DNA from: Hyphomonadaceae bacterium
GTDB taxonomy: Bacteria; Pseudomonadota; Alphaproteobacteria; Caulobacterales; Aquidulcibacteraceae
Length of the DNA: 64,000 nucleotides
Direction: 5' to 3'
Assembly: GCA_009773395.1 (NCBI GenBank)
Contig: WRPI01000007.1
Coordinates: forward strand, 118,326-182,325
Position numbers and translations under genes: made by a program. Shown piece after piece: positions 28,612 through 37,783 of the stretch (position 1 is its first letter; each line of letters opens with the position of its first letter). The notes beneath the pieces were generated by a model that was given only the letters and a program-made list of their open reading frames with translations, ran no database searches and was not told the origin of the DNA.

Positions 28612-29262
28612 TTATTCCGAACTGTTTGACCCAGAAGCTGGTTCAATATTGGCATCGGGATTGAGGCCATATTTTATCATATCGAATGCAGCATCAGCGA
28701 TTCTATTTACGTCAAATTTTTCATCATCAAGGCCAATTCCCATGCCAAGAAACACTGAAATCCCAATCAATGCCCAGGCCCTAACTTCATTATCGCCTTG
28801 CCTAATTTGACCTTTGCGCGTGGCAACTTCGAGATTATTTGTATAAGCCGAGTGGAAAACTCGGTAATGGTTTCTGTATGCGTCTTCGGCGACAAATTGC
28901 GATTCCATTACAATGCGGTAGAGATCCTTATGTTCACGCGCAAAGTTTAGATAGGCAACAATCCCCGCGCGTTCGGCCTCAAGCCTGTCGGTAATGCCTT
29001 CAATTGTCTTGGAAATATGGGTTCGCGTTAAATTACTCATATAGGCCACGAGTTCGCGAAACACTTCTTCTTTGCTATCAAAATAAACATAAAAAGTGCC
29101 CATTCCGACTTTGGCACGCCGCGTAATATCGGCAATCATGCAAGCGTGATAGCCGCGCTCGCCAAACTCCAAAGCTGCAGCCTCCAAAAGCTTGGCTTTG
29201 GTTTTTGCGCCACGCGCGGTTTTAGGCGATTTGCCTTCTAGTGAATATGAAACTTGATTCAT
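28612..29262 (-). CDS. TetR/AcrR-family regulator
   Basis: HTH LLEAAALEFGERGY...IADITRRAKVGMGTFYVYFDSKE. Confidence 0.95.
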   Translation of the reverse strand: MNQVSYSLEGKSPKTARGAKTKAKLLEAAALEFGERGYHACMIADITRRAKVGMGTFYVYFDSKEEVFRELVAYMSNLTRTHISKTIEGITDRLEAERAGIVAYLNFAREHKDLYRIVMESQFVAEDAYRNHYRVFHSAYTNNLEVATRKGQIRQGDNEVRAWALIGISVFLGMGIGLDDEKFDVNRIADAAFDMIKYGLNPDANIEPASGSNSSE

Positions 29263-29268
29263 GTTTCA
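29248..29268. promoter_or_regulatory. Candidate TetR operator overlapping the tetR start codon
   Basis: 21-bp palindrome TGAAAC-T-TGA-T-TCA-T-GTTTCA with a central GATTC (GANTC). Confidence 0.6.
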
Positions 29269-29354
29269 AACTATGCCTTAATGTAAATCTAATAACAAGC
29301 ACCAATGCGAAATTATGACTTTGGTAGATTTGTTGTAGAGGGAAGAAAGCGAAA

Positions 29355-30254
29355 ATGCCAGTCTTGGTCTTAAGTGATGGCACAAAGCTGCATTATGAAG
29401 ATTGGGGTCAAGGCACCCCGATACTGATGGTGCATGGCTTTGGCATGACTGGCGAAGCTTTTTTCAATCAACGCGAATTAAGCAGCAAGTTCCGACTTAT
29501 AGTTCCAGATTTGCGCGGTTGGGGGAAATCGGCGGTGGCGCACGGCCATCACAAACCACTATCTATTGCCAGCATGGGTGATGATTTATTTGAACTAATT
29601 ACCCACCTTAAACTCGCCAACATAATTTATATTGGTTGGTCGATGGGAGCCATGGTTTTTTGGGAAGCCGCAAAGAGGCACGATTTAAGCCGCTTTGCAC
29701 ATATGATAGCGATTGATATGTCGCCAAGAGTCCTCAATTCCGATGATTGGCCATTTGGCATGATTGGCTCCTGCGGCCTTGATACACCAAAAGGCAAAGC
29801 GCGGGCAAAACGCGCAATTTCGGAAATGAAAACTAATTGGCCGGCGTCAAGCCAGCGTATCGTGCGCAAAATTTTTGCGGGTGGCCTTATAAAAAGCCAG
29901 CAAACAAATCTGGCTGCCGAAGCTGAAAAGCTTCTCGAAATTGCAAATCATAATTCTGGCACAATGGCTGCCGAATATTGGCAATCTTTAATCGAAAGCG
30001 ATTGCCGCGAAATCATAAAATCTATCAAATTGCCTTGCTCCATTGTGCAGGGGCAAAAAAGCCAACTTTATGCAAATGACGTGTGTGTGGCCATTTGCAA
30101 TTCAATGCCCAATTGCAAGCTTTATTGCATCGAAAATTCTGGGCACGCACTGCATGTAGAACAACCAAAAATGTTTAACAATTTGGTTGAAGCAATTGCC
30201 AATTCAATAAATGCCAAAACCGCACAAGAAATCGTAACCGCCCAATTCAACTAA
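29355..30254 (+). CDS. Alpha/beta hydrolase
   Basis: LHYEDWGQG, VHGF, PDLRGWG, nucleophile elbow GWSMG, SGHALH. Confidence 0.93.
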   Translation: MPVLVLSDGTKLHYEDWGQGTPILMVHGFGMTGEAFFNQRELSSKFRLIVPDLRGWGKSAVAHGHHKPLSIASMGDDLFELITHLKLANIIYIGWSMGAMVFWEAAKRHDLSRFAHMIAIDMSPRVLNSDDWPFGMIGSCGLDTPKGKARAKRAISEMKTNWPASSQRIVRKIFAGGLIKSQQTNLAAEAEKLLEIANHNSGTMAAEYWQSLIESDCREIIKSIKLPCSIVQGQKSQLYANDVCVAICNSMPNCKLYCIENSGHALHVEQPKMFNNLVEAIANSINAKTAQEIVTAQFN

Positions 30255-30282
30255 ACCAATCTATTCATCACAGGGGAATAAA

Positions 30283-32505
30283 ATGAAAAATCCAAATTCA
30301 AATAGAGCTATTAAATTGCTTTTGGCATCAACTGCCATCTCGCCATTCTTGCTATTTACGCCAGCAATGGCACAAAATGCGCCTAGTGCGGCGACTGAGG
30401 AAACCGTGATAGTCACCGCACGTCGCCGCGAAGAAGCACTAAAAGACGTGCCTCTGGCGGTTTCGTCTTTTTCATCAGCAAAATTGGAAGCAACTGGCGC
30501 GCCCGACATCACGGTGTTGCAACAAGTAACGCCAAACGCCACAATTCAAGTTGCGCGTGGCACAAATTCAACACTGATTGCTTTCATACGCGGTGTCGGC
30601 CAGCAAGACCCGCTTTGGGGGTTTGAACCGGGTGTCGGTCTTTATATTGATGATGTTTATGTATCGCGGCCCCAAGGCGCAGTTCTTGATATTTTCGATA
30701 TTCAGCGCATCGAAGTTTTGCGCGGGCCGCAAGGTTCGCTTTATGGCAGAAACACAATCGGCGGTGCGGTTAAATATGTCACCCGCCGCCTTGGAGCCGA
30801 AGCCACTGGCAGAGCGCGCGTAAGCGTTGGTAGCTATGACCAGTTGGATTTTGTTGCCTCAGGTTCGGTACCATTGTCGGACGTCTTACGGGTCGGCGGC
30901 GCAATTGCTGACTATAACCGTGACGGCTTTGGACGCAACATAACCACTAATGCTGGCCATTATGACAAAGACGTTCAGGCGTTTCGTTTAAGCGCCGAAT
31001 TGGCCCCACGCGAAAATTTGTTTTTCAGGCTTGCTTATGACAAAGTCACCGATGACAGCAACGCCAAACACGGCCACCGCGAGGCGGCAGGGTTGGGCCT
31101 TACAACTGGCGCAGTAGTATTGCCAAATGTTTACGACACTGACGCTGGCATTGGCAGCACCAACCATGTCGAAAATCAAGGTCTTTCACTAAGCGGTGAA
31201 CTCAATGTCAATGACTTTTTGACCATCAAATATATTGGTGCTCACCGCGAAGGCAAAAGCAACACACTAATTGATTTTGACACAAACCAAGCTGTTGGAC
31301 TGGATGTGCCTGCACGCTATGATGATGAACAAAATAGCCACGAATTTCAGGCATTATTTACAGCCGAAAAATGGTCAGGTGTAGTCGGCCTATACACTTT
31401 AGATGCACGGGCTTCCGGGGCATTTGACACTATTGTTGGCCTTTTGAACCTTACAATTGCAACATCGGGTACAGTCGATACCAAAAGCACCGCAATTTAT
31501 GGTGATTTTAGTTTTGAACTAACTGATAATTTGTCATTATCATTGGGTGGACGTTTAACAAAAGACCGACGCGGTGGAACTGTTTATCGGCAAAACTTCA
31601 CTGGCCTTCGTTCACCATTGTTTGGCAACCCTGCCGCAGTTCCGGGTTTGTTGCGTTCGAATTATTCGAACACCAGAGAATTCAATGAATTCACGCCGCG
31701 CGCCAGTTTATCATACAAAATCAATCCAGACATAACTGCTTATGTTGCCTATTCTGAAGGTTTCAAATCAGGCGGATTTGACATGCGTGGTGATGCGGTT
31801 TTGACGCCGCTCACAGTAAATGGCTATAATCCTGAATTTGTGAAATCCTATGAAGCGGGTTTGAAAGGCAGTTTGTTTAACGGCCACGCCAATTTCGCGG
31901 CGGCCATTTTCCGCGCTGATTATGAGGGGCAACAAATCACGCGGCAAGAACCAACCGTATTTGGTTCGATTGCGAGTTTTGTTGACAATGCTGGTTCATC
32001 AGAAATCCAAGGGTTTGAGCTTGAAGGCGGCGTGAATTTTAATCGCGAATTTGGCGCAACTTTTGGACTTGGATATACCGACGCGCATTTCAATTCTTTC
32101 ATCACCAAAAATGCGGCGGGTGTGGTTACCGATTTGTCCTCAACTGCGGTATTTCAAAATACGCCAAAATGGAATGGCAATTTTGCTTTGAACTATAATC
32201 ATGCCATGGGTGACATGGGCAGTGTAGCCGCTACTTTGTCGGCATCATATCGTTCAAAATTCTCAATGTTTGAGTTTGTGAACCCGTCCATCGATCAAAA
32301 CAGCAACATCACTTTGGTTGACGCTGGTGTTAGTTGGACAACATCGGAAGGCCACCTCAAAGTAAGTTTAAGCGGTCGCAATTTGACTGACGAAAGATAT
32401 AAAATTGGCGGATATTTGTTTGCCGGCGCGACTTTTGGAAACGTCGTCAACAGCTTCTACGGCCCGCCAAGAACATTCACTGGCAGTTTACAAGTGAAAT
32501 TCTAA
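30283..32505 (+). CDS. TonB-dependent receptor
   Basis: Signal peptide, TonB box ETVIVTA, plug IRGVG...GLYIDDVY...RIEVLRGPQGSLYGRNTIGG, C-terminal Phe (GSLQVKF). Confidence 0.96.
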   Translation: MKNPNSNRAIKLLLASTAISPFLLFTPAMAQNAPSAATEETVIVTARRREEALKDVPLAVSSFSSAKLEATGAPDITVLQQVTPNATIQVARGTNSTLIAFIRGVGQQDPLWGFEPGVGLYIDDVYVSRPQGAVLDIFDIQRIEVLRGPQGSLYGRNTIGGAVKYVTRRLGAEATGRARVSVGSYDQLDFVASGSVPLSDVLRVGGAIADYNRDGFGRNITTNAGHYDKDVQAFRLSAELAPRENLFFRLAYDKVTDDSNAKHGHREAAGLGLTTGAVVLPNVYDTDAGIGSTNHVENQGLSLSGELNVNDFLTIKYIGAHREGKSNTLIDFDTNQAVGLDVPARYDDEQNSHEFQALFTAEKWSGVVGLYTLDARASGAFDTIVGLLNLTIATSGTVDTKSTAIYGDFSFELTDNLSLSLGGRLTKDRRGGTVYRQNFTGLRSPLFGNPAAVPGLLRSNYSNTREFNEFTPRASLSYKINPDITAYVAYSEGFKSGGFDMRGDAVLTPLTVNGYNPEFVKSYEAGLKGSLFNGHANFAAAIFRADYEGQQITRQEPTVFGSIASFVDNAGSSEIQGFELEGGVNFNREFGATFGLGYTDAHFNSFITKNAAGVVTDLSSTAVFQNTPKWNGNFALNYNHAMGDMGSVAATLSASYRSKFSMFEFVNPSIDQNSNITLVDAGVSWTTSEGHLKVSLSGRNLTDERYKIGGYLFAGATFGNVVNSFYGPPRTFTGSLQVKF

Positions 32506-32528
32506 ATTGATAAAATAGCCCACGAATT

Positions 32529-32562
32529 TGCCCTTTTAACCGCGTGTTAGAAGGGCATTTTT
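32529..32562 (+). terminator. Rho-independent terminator after the TonB receptor
   Basis: TGCCCTTTTAAC-CGCGT-GTTAGAAGGGCA followed by TTTTT. Confidence 0.75.
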
Positions 32563-32564
32563 GT

Positions 32565-32669
32565 TAGAGCGCTTTGCGCAAAAGTGTGTGCGGTTTTGCG
32601 CGCTAAAAGCGCGACCAAGCAAGAAATCTAGCGCGGTTTTCAAGTTCCACTTGAAAAGCCACCGCGCTA
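32565..32669. repeat. CIR/RIME-like double-hairpin repeat
   Basis: TAGAGCGCTTT-GCGCAAAA...TTTTGCGC...ACCAAGCAAGAAATC-TAGCGCGGTTTTCAAGTTCCACTTGAAAAGCCACCGCGCTA; right arm matches the 13129 copy. Confidence 0.8.
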
Positions 32670-32721
32670 ATGCTTGCAAAATAGTTGAAAAACCTATCTT
32701 ATAAACAAAAGGGAGCAAAAA

Positions 32722-34068
32722 ATGAATCAGCCAAATGGAACTAACTGGCCAATTGCCGAGAAAAAAGGCGGCGCAATCAGTGTCAATTTGATGCTATTTG
32801 TTTTGTTATTGGTTTATATTTTGAACTTTTTGGATCGGCAAATTTTGTCGATTTTGGCGCCCGCAATTCAAAAAGAACTTGGCATAAGCGATGGTCAATT
32901 GGGTCTAATGCGCGGATTTTCATTTGCAATTTTCTATTCGATTTTAGGGGTTCCAATTGCCTATCTCGCCGACCGTAAAAGCCGCACTTGGATTATTACG
33001 ATTGCGCTCACCCTTTGGAGCGGTATGACAGCGGTGTGCGGACTAACCACAAATTTCTGGCAGTTGTTTTTGGCACGGATGGGGGTTGGCGTCGGCGAAG
33101 CTGGCGGGGTTGCGCCATCATATTCGCTTATCGCCGATTATTTTGAACCGTCAAAACGGGCGCGCGCTTTGGCTATTTTCAGTTTTGGTGTGCCATTGGG
33201 TTCGGCAATTGGTGTAGTATTTGGTGCGGTCATTGTTACAATTTTGGATTGGCGGGCTGCATTCTTGATTATGGGTGTTATCGGACTTATTCTTGCGCCA
33301 ATTTTCCGCTTTGTCGTGCGTGAACCAATTCGCGGCGGGCGAGACACAAATGTTGCTACCGAAGCAGTCAGCGTATTGGCGGTTCTGAAAACCCTTTTAA
33401 CAAAACCTAGTTTTTGGACTTTGAGCCTTGGCGCGGCGGCATCATCAATGATTGGCTATGGCCTACTCGCATGGTTGCCAGCTTTTTACCTTAGATCTTA
33501 TGGAACTAAAATGGTGGAATTCATGTCTTGGCTGCCGTCGTTCTTAGTTCCCGCTAATGCTGGGCCAATTTTATATGTTGGCTATTTTCAAGGGCTTATT
33601 CTTTTGATTGGCGGGGTTGCCGGCATGTGGTTCGGTGGCATGTTATCCGATAAATTTGGAGCTAATTCAAAAGGCACTTACGCCTTAGTTCCAGCAATTG
33701 CCTTTATCGCGGCATTTCCTTTCTATTTGATCGGCATTCAAAGCCCATCCTTGGCATTGATGTTTTGGATGTTTTTAATTCCAACTGGGCTAGGCTTGGT
33801 TTGGCTCGGGCCGGTTTTGACTGCCTTCCAACATATTGTGAAACCGAACATGCGAACCACCGCTTCAGCAATTTTCTTATTGATAAATAATTTCATTGGA
33901 ATTGGAGTTGGTGATTGGGCATTGGGTAATTTATCTGATTATCTCAAAGCCACTCACGGCGAAGAATCGCTGCGATATTCGATTATGTATGGCTCGTCGC
34001 TTTATTTGCTTGCAGCAGGTCTAATGTTCATTTCATCGAAACTCCTTGCAAAAGATTGGGAGGATTAG
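32722..34068 (+). CDS. Spinster-like MFS transporter
   Basis: YILNFLDRQILSIL, ADRKSR, LARMGVGVGEAG, LIADYF; about 12 TM segments. Confidence 0.92.
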   Translation: MNQPNGTNWPIAEKKGGAISVNLMLFVLLLVYILNFLDRQILSILAPAIQKELGISDGQLGLMRGFSFAIFYSILGVPIAYLADRKSRTWIITIALTLWSGMTAVCGLTTNFWQLFLARMGVGVGEAGGVAPSYSLIADYFEPSKRARALAIFSFGVPLGSAIGVVFGAVIVTILDWRAAFLIMGVIGLILAPIFRFVVREPIRGGRDTNVATEAVSVLAVLKTLLTKPSFWTLSLGAAASSMIGYGLLAWLPAFYLRSYGTKMVEFMSWLPSFLVPANAGPILYVGYFQGLILLIGGVAGMWFGGMLSDKFGANSKGTYALVPAIAFIAAFPFYLIGIQSPSLALMFWMFLIPTGLGLVWLGPVLTAFQHIVKPNMRTTASAIFLLINNFIGIGVGDWALGNLSDYLKATHGEESLRYSIMYGSSLYLLAAGLMFISSKLLAKDWED

Positions 34069-35888
34069 AGCCAAATTTTGGCGAGATGATAAGTGATGCC
34101 TGCCGCAGCATAGGCGAGCGCCAACAGATACGCAAAAGCAAAACCCGGCCATTTCCATGAATTAGTTTCGCGGCGGATCGTGGCCAAAGTCGCGAAACAC
34201 TGGGGCGCGAAAACATACCACGCCAGAAACGCCAAAGCAGTTGGCAAGCTCCAAGCATTTTGCAATGCCGAGGACAGACCCTGTAAATTAGCCTCGCCAC
34301 CTTGCACCGCATAGATTGTACCCAATGCACCAACTGCAACTTCACGCGCCGCCATACCGGGGATAAGTGCAATTGCGATTTCGAGATTAAAACCAATTGG
34401 GCGCAAAATTGGCAATAAAAGCGAACCAATTTTGCCAGCGTAAGTTTCCACCATGGTTGTGGTTCCATCGGGAAAGCGCACCAAGGCCCAAAGCACTATT
34501 GATACCATCAAAATGGTGGTTCCAGCACGGCGCAAAAAAGCAACTGCACTGAAATATATCCCAAGCGCAAAATCACGCAGATTTGGCAATTTGTAGCTAG
34601 GCAATTCCATTATTAAAGCCTGTGGTGGCCCTTGGTTTAAGGTTTTCTTCAAGACGAATGCAACAATAAATGCACCCAAAACGCCAGCCAAATATAGCGC
34701 GAACATCACAATGCCTTGCAGGCCAAATATTCCAACTTTATCGTTAGGAATGAATGCCGAAATTATCAGCGTATAAACTGGCAAACGCGCTGAACAGGTC
34801 ATTAGTGGCGCAATCAATATGGTCGTTAGCCTATCGCGCTCATGCTCAATTACCCGCGCTGACATAATCCCCGGCACGGCACAGGCAAAACTTGAAAGTA
34901 GTGGGATGAACGCACGGCCATTAAGGCCCGCGCCGCGCATTATTTCATCCATCAGAAATGCCGCACGCGCCATATATCCGGACGCTTCGAGCGCAAGAAT
35001 AAATGCAAATAAAATAATGATTTGCGGCAAGAAAATCACCACACTGCCGACGCCAGCGATTATGCCATCAACTGCAAGCTCACCCAAAAGCCCCTCACCC
35101 ATAAGATTTTTGATTAAAACCCCAAACGCCGAAATAGCATTTTCAATCAATTCCATCGGCACAATTGCCAAATTGAAAACTGCTTGGAACATTACGAAAA
35201 GTAGCGCCAATAAAATTAGCGGCCCAAGAAATGGATTGAGGACAATTTCATCGAGTTTCCTCGTGGCTTTATTTGCAAGCCCTTCGGAGACCACCACGCG
35301 ACTTGCAATTTGCCTTGCTTGCGACTGCAGGGTTTTCAAATCATGTTTTTCGGGTATTCCAGCGCCTGTCACAAAACCGCTGCTCACCATTTCGTCAATT
35401 ATTGCCAATAAATCTTCGCGGCCTTGTTTGCGCGTGGCACGCGTTGCCACCACTGGCACGCCAAGCTCACTTTGCAGTGCGGCGATGTCAATTTTCGTGC
35501 CATCACGGTCTGCCAAATCAATCATGTTTAATACGACAATTGTCGGCAGGCCCAATTCGCGCATTTGCAAAACTGAATGAAGGTGGGTGCGCAAATTGCT
35601 GGCATCAATCACAACCAGCATAAGCTCGGGCCGCGCGAAGCCTTTCATTTGGCCTTCAAGCAAATCAATTGCGACACGTTCGTCCAATGATCTTGCAGTG
35701 AGGCCATAAATGCCGGGCAGATCGTAAAGCTCAATTTTGTTTCCTTTTGGCGTCGTAAAATGACCAGTTTTAGTTTCAACAGTCACACCTGAATAATTGG
35801 CAGTTTTGGCGCGGCCACCAGTAAGGCCGTTAAACAAAGTGCTTTTACCACTATTGGGCGCACCAATTAGTGCAATTCTAAAGGCCAC
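34065..35888 (-). CDS. feoB: Ferrous iron transporter FeoB
   Basis: GAPNSGKST, NYSGVTVE, DLPGIY, NMID, LEASGYMARAAF, SSFACAVPGIM. GTG start 35888 overlaps the feoA end. Confidence 0.96.
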   Translation of the reverse strand: MAFRIALIGAPNSGKSTLFNGLTGGRAKTANYSGVTVETKTGHFTTPKGNKIELYDLPGIYGLTARSLDERVAIDLLEGQMKGFARPELMLVVIDASNLRTHLHSVLQMRELGLPTIVVLNMIDLADRDGTKIDIAALQSELGVPVVATRATRKQGREDLLAIIDEMVSSGFVTGAGIPEKHDLKTLQSQARQIASRVVVSEGLANKATRKLDEIVLNPFLGPLILLALLFVMFQAVFNLAIVPMELIENAISAFGVLIKNLMGEGLLGELAVDGIIAGVGSVVIFLPQIIILFAFILALEASGYMARAAFLMDEIMRGAGLNGRAFIPLLSSFACAVPGIMSARVIEHERDRLTTILIAPLMTCSARLPVYTLIISAFIPNDKVGIFGLQGIVMFALYLAGVLGAFIVAFVLKKTLNQGPPQALIMELPSYKLPNLRDFALGIYFSAVAFLRRAGTTILMVSIVLWALVRFPDGTTTMVETYAGKIGSLLLPILRPIGFNLEIAIALIPGMAAREVAVGALGTIYAVQGGEANLQGLSSALQNAWSLPTALAFLAWYVFAPQCFATLATIRRETNSWKWPGFAFAYLLALAYAAAGITYHLAKIWL

Positions 35889-36117
35889 CCAATAGTTCCA
35901 CTTCAATATTTTGGGCTTCAATCGGACGCAAAGCAATCAAAGTATGATTTAATCGAACGCAAATAGGTTTTCGCCCCAAAGGGCCATAATGCATAATTTC
36001 AACTTCATCGCCTTCAGCAAAGCCGATTTCACGCAATTTTGCGCAAACAACTGCATCTGTGCCAGTGACATCAGTTATTCGCGCGATATCGCCTTTAGAC
36101 AATTGGGTTATATTCAT
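35878..36117 (-). CDS. feoA: FeoA
   Basis: KLREIGFAEGDEV...GPLGRKP...IALRPIEAQNIEV. Start set to ATG 36117. Confidence 0.93.
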   Translation of the reverse strand: MNITQLSKGDIARITDVTGTDAVVCAKLREIGFAEGDEVEIMHYGPLGRKPICVRLNHTLIALRPIEAQNIEVELLGGL

Positions 36118-36159
36118 TCTGATTTCAATATTTACGAGTTCGAATAATTGCTTAACGCT

Positions 36160-36178
36160 AATGCAACTGGTTTGCAAT
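36160..36178. promoter_or_regulatory. Candidate Fur-type iron box upstream of feoAB
   Basis: AATGCAA-CTGGT-TTGCAAT, a palindrome of the TGCRA-N5-TYGCA form I recall for Caulobacter-type Fur boxes. Confidence 0.55.
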
Positions 36179-36313
36179 AACTGCCCATGCTAATGAATTT
36201 CATGGCATTTTGGCAATAGCCATAGCAGCGACTTAATGTCACATATGTATTGGAATATGTTAAGAAATTGCGATAAACATCTAGGTCATGAACTCCTTAT
36301 TAAGTGCGAAAAT

Positions 36314-36416
36314 CCGCAAAAATGGCGTCATATTGGGCGCAAATCTTACTCAAAGAGGGGAAAAACCCTCTTTTCGCAATCTTCACGCCCACTATTTTGC
36401 CATTTTTACGGCTTTT
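36314..36416. other. ~100-nt imperfect long hairpin, candidate ncRNA or cis element
   Basis: Arms CCG-AAAAATGGC/GCCATTTTT-CGG, TGGGCG/CGCCCA and AAAGAGGG/CCCTCTTT with an internal loop; followed by CTTTTT. Confidence 0.4.
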
Positions 36417-36446
36417 TCACCCTTAATAAGGAGTTTATGACCTACA

Positions 36447-36749
36447 ATGGATTTTGATCAATCATATGAAATATCTGGCGAAGTTGTCTTATGGAACTTT
36501 GAAAAAGGCTCTTGGCACTTTTTTGTCATACCGAGCGAAATCGCCGATGAAATCAAATTCTTCAATGCCAACAAACTTCGTGGTTTTCGCAGCCTTAAAG
36601 TAAAAGCGACAATTGGCGAGACAATATTTGCAACTTCAATTTTCCCCGACAGCAAATCTGGCGGCTATTTCTTGCCATTAAAAGCAAGTGTCCGCAAATC
36701 AGAAAATATTGTTGCGGGCGATATCATTATGGTTCAATTATCTTTGTAA
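36447..36749 (+). CDS. DUF1905 domain protein
   Basis: GSWHFFVIP...LKVKATIGETIFATSIFPD...GYFLPLKASVRKSE. Confidence 0.85.
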   Translation: MDFDQSYEISGEVVLWNFEKGSWHFFVIPSEIADEIKFFNANKLRGFRSLKVKATIGETIFATSIFPDSKSGGYFLPLKASVRKSENIVAGDIIMVQLSL

Positions 36750-36769
36750 ACAATCTCAAGGAAAAGATA

Positions 36770-37273
36770 ATGCGATTTCGTAAAATCACCAAAACTACAC
36801 TTAGTTCAGCACTTGCCCTGTTATTTGCCGCAGGGTTTAGCGCCGCGCCGCCAACTGGCTCAGATGAAACCGAGCTACCGAGCGTTGGCATGGCCGAAGT
36901 AATTGAAGGATGTATGATTAGCACCGCAACGGGTGACAAGCCATTATATGAATGTATTGGCATTCATTCGCGTCATTGTTTAACCTTTCAAGACAATCAG
37001 ACCACCGCAGGTATGGAAAAATGCTATCTCGATGAATATCGCGGTTGGGACGTGCTGTTGAACCGCTATTACAATGAAAACGGCCAAAGGCGGGTTAGTG
37101 CGCAATTTCGTGATGTTCAACGGAGTTGGATTTCATATCGTGACAAAAAATGCGCATATTTTCGCATCCATTATGAAGGTGGTTCCATGGCGCGTTGGCT
37201 TGGCGCGCGTTGCATGATGGACGAAACCGCAAGGCGCACAATAGATTTGCGCTTTTTTGAAGTTGACCGATAA
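36770..37273 (+). CDS. Lysozyme inhibitor LprI-like (DUF1311) exported protein
   Basis: Signal peptide; TTAGMEKC...WDVLLNRYY...QRSWISYRDKKC...EGGSMA...CMMDETARR. Confidence 0.8.
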   Translation: MRFRKITKTTLSSALALLFAAGFSAAPPTGSDETELPSVGMAEVIEGCMISTATGDKPLYECIGIHSRHCLTFQDNQTTAGMEKCYLDEYRGWDVLLNRYYNENGQRRVSAQFRDVQRSWISYRDKKCAYFRIHYEGGSMARWLGARCMMDETARRTIDLRFFEVDR

Positions 37274-37339
37274 TTGCGATGTTATCTTGCTATTGGCGGC
37301 AATTTGGCTACCATTCAGTTCTAAAATAAGGGGTAAATT

Positions 37340-37783
37340 ATGAAAAAAACCATCGCTTTGGGAATAGCTTCAATGTTCGCAATAATTGGTTGCGCGACGA
37401 CCAGCGAACCTGTTTTTTATAGCAATGGCAGCAATTTGCCATTTTCCGAAGCGGTACAAGTTGGGGATATGCTGTATTTGTCGGGTCAAATTGGCGTGGC
37501 CCCTGGTGATAATAAATTGGTTAGTGGCGGCATAAATGCGGAAACTCGTCAAACCATGGATAATATTGGCGCGACTTTGCAAAGACGCGGCCTGAATTAT
37601 TCTTCCATTGTTAAATGCACAGTGATGCTCGCGGATATGGCGGATTGGCCGGCTTTTAATGCGGTTTATGTAACTTATTTCACACCCGGTCGCCTTCCGG
37701 CAAGGAGCGCTTTTGGATCCAATGGCCTTGCCTATAATGGCCGCATTGAACTGGAATGTTGGGCCTATAATCCTAGGCGCTAA
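37340..37783 (+). CDS. RidA/YjgF-family protein with lipoprotein-type signal peptide
   Basis: PFSEAV, LYLSGQIG, VKCTVML, FNAVY, PARSA, IELE; N-terminus MKKTIALGIASMFAIIGC. Confidence 0.9.
   Translation: MKKTIALGIASMFAIIGCATTSEPVFYSNGSNLPFSEAVQVGDMLYLSGQIGVAPGDNKLVSGGINAETRQTMDNIGATLQRRGLNYSSIVKCTVMLADMADWPAFNAVYVTYFTPGRLPARSAFGSNGLAYNGRIELECWAYNPRR

Noticed and set aside
34819-35580. 253-aa plus-strand ORF
   Set aside because: Antisense shadow of feoB; Ser/Ile/Arg-rich composition typical of reverse-frame artefacts.
36191-36225. Fourth copy of the TGGCA-N7-TGCCA operator near feoA
   Set aside because: ATGGC...GCCAT is palindromic, but the spacing and right half do not fit the motif.
36236-36457. 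73-aa ORF upstream of DUF1905
   Set aside because: No RBS or recognisable family, and it runs through a long hairpin better explained as non-coding structure.
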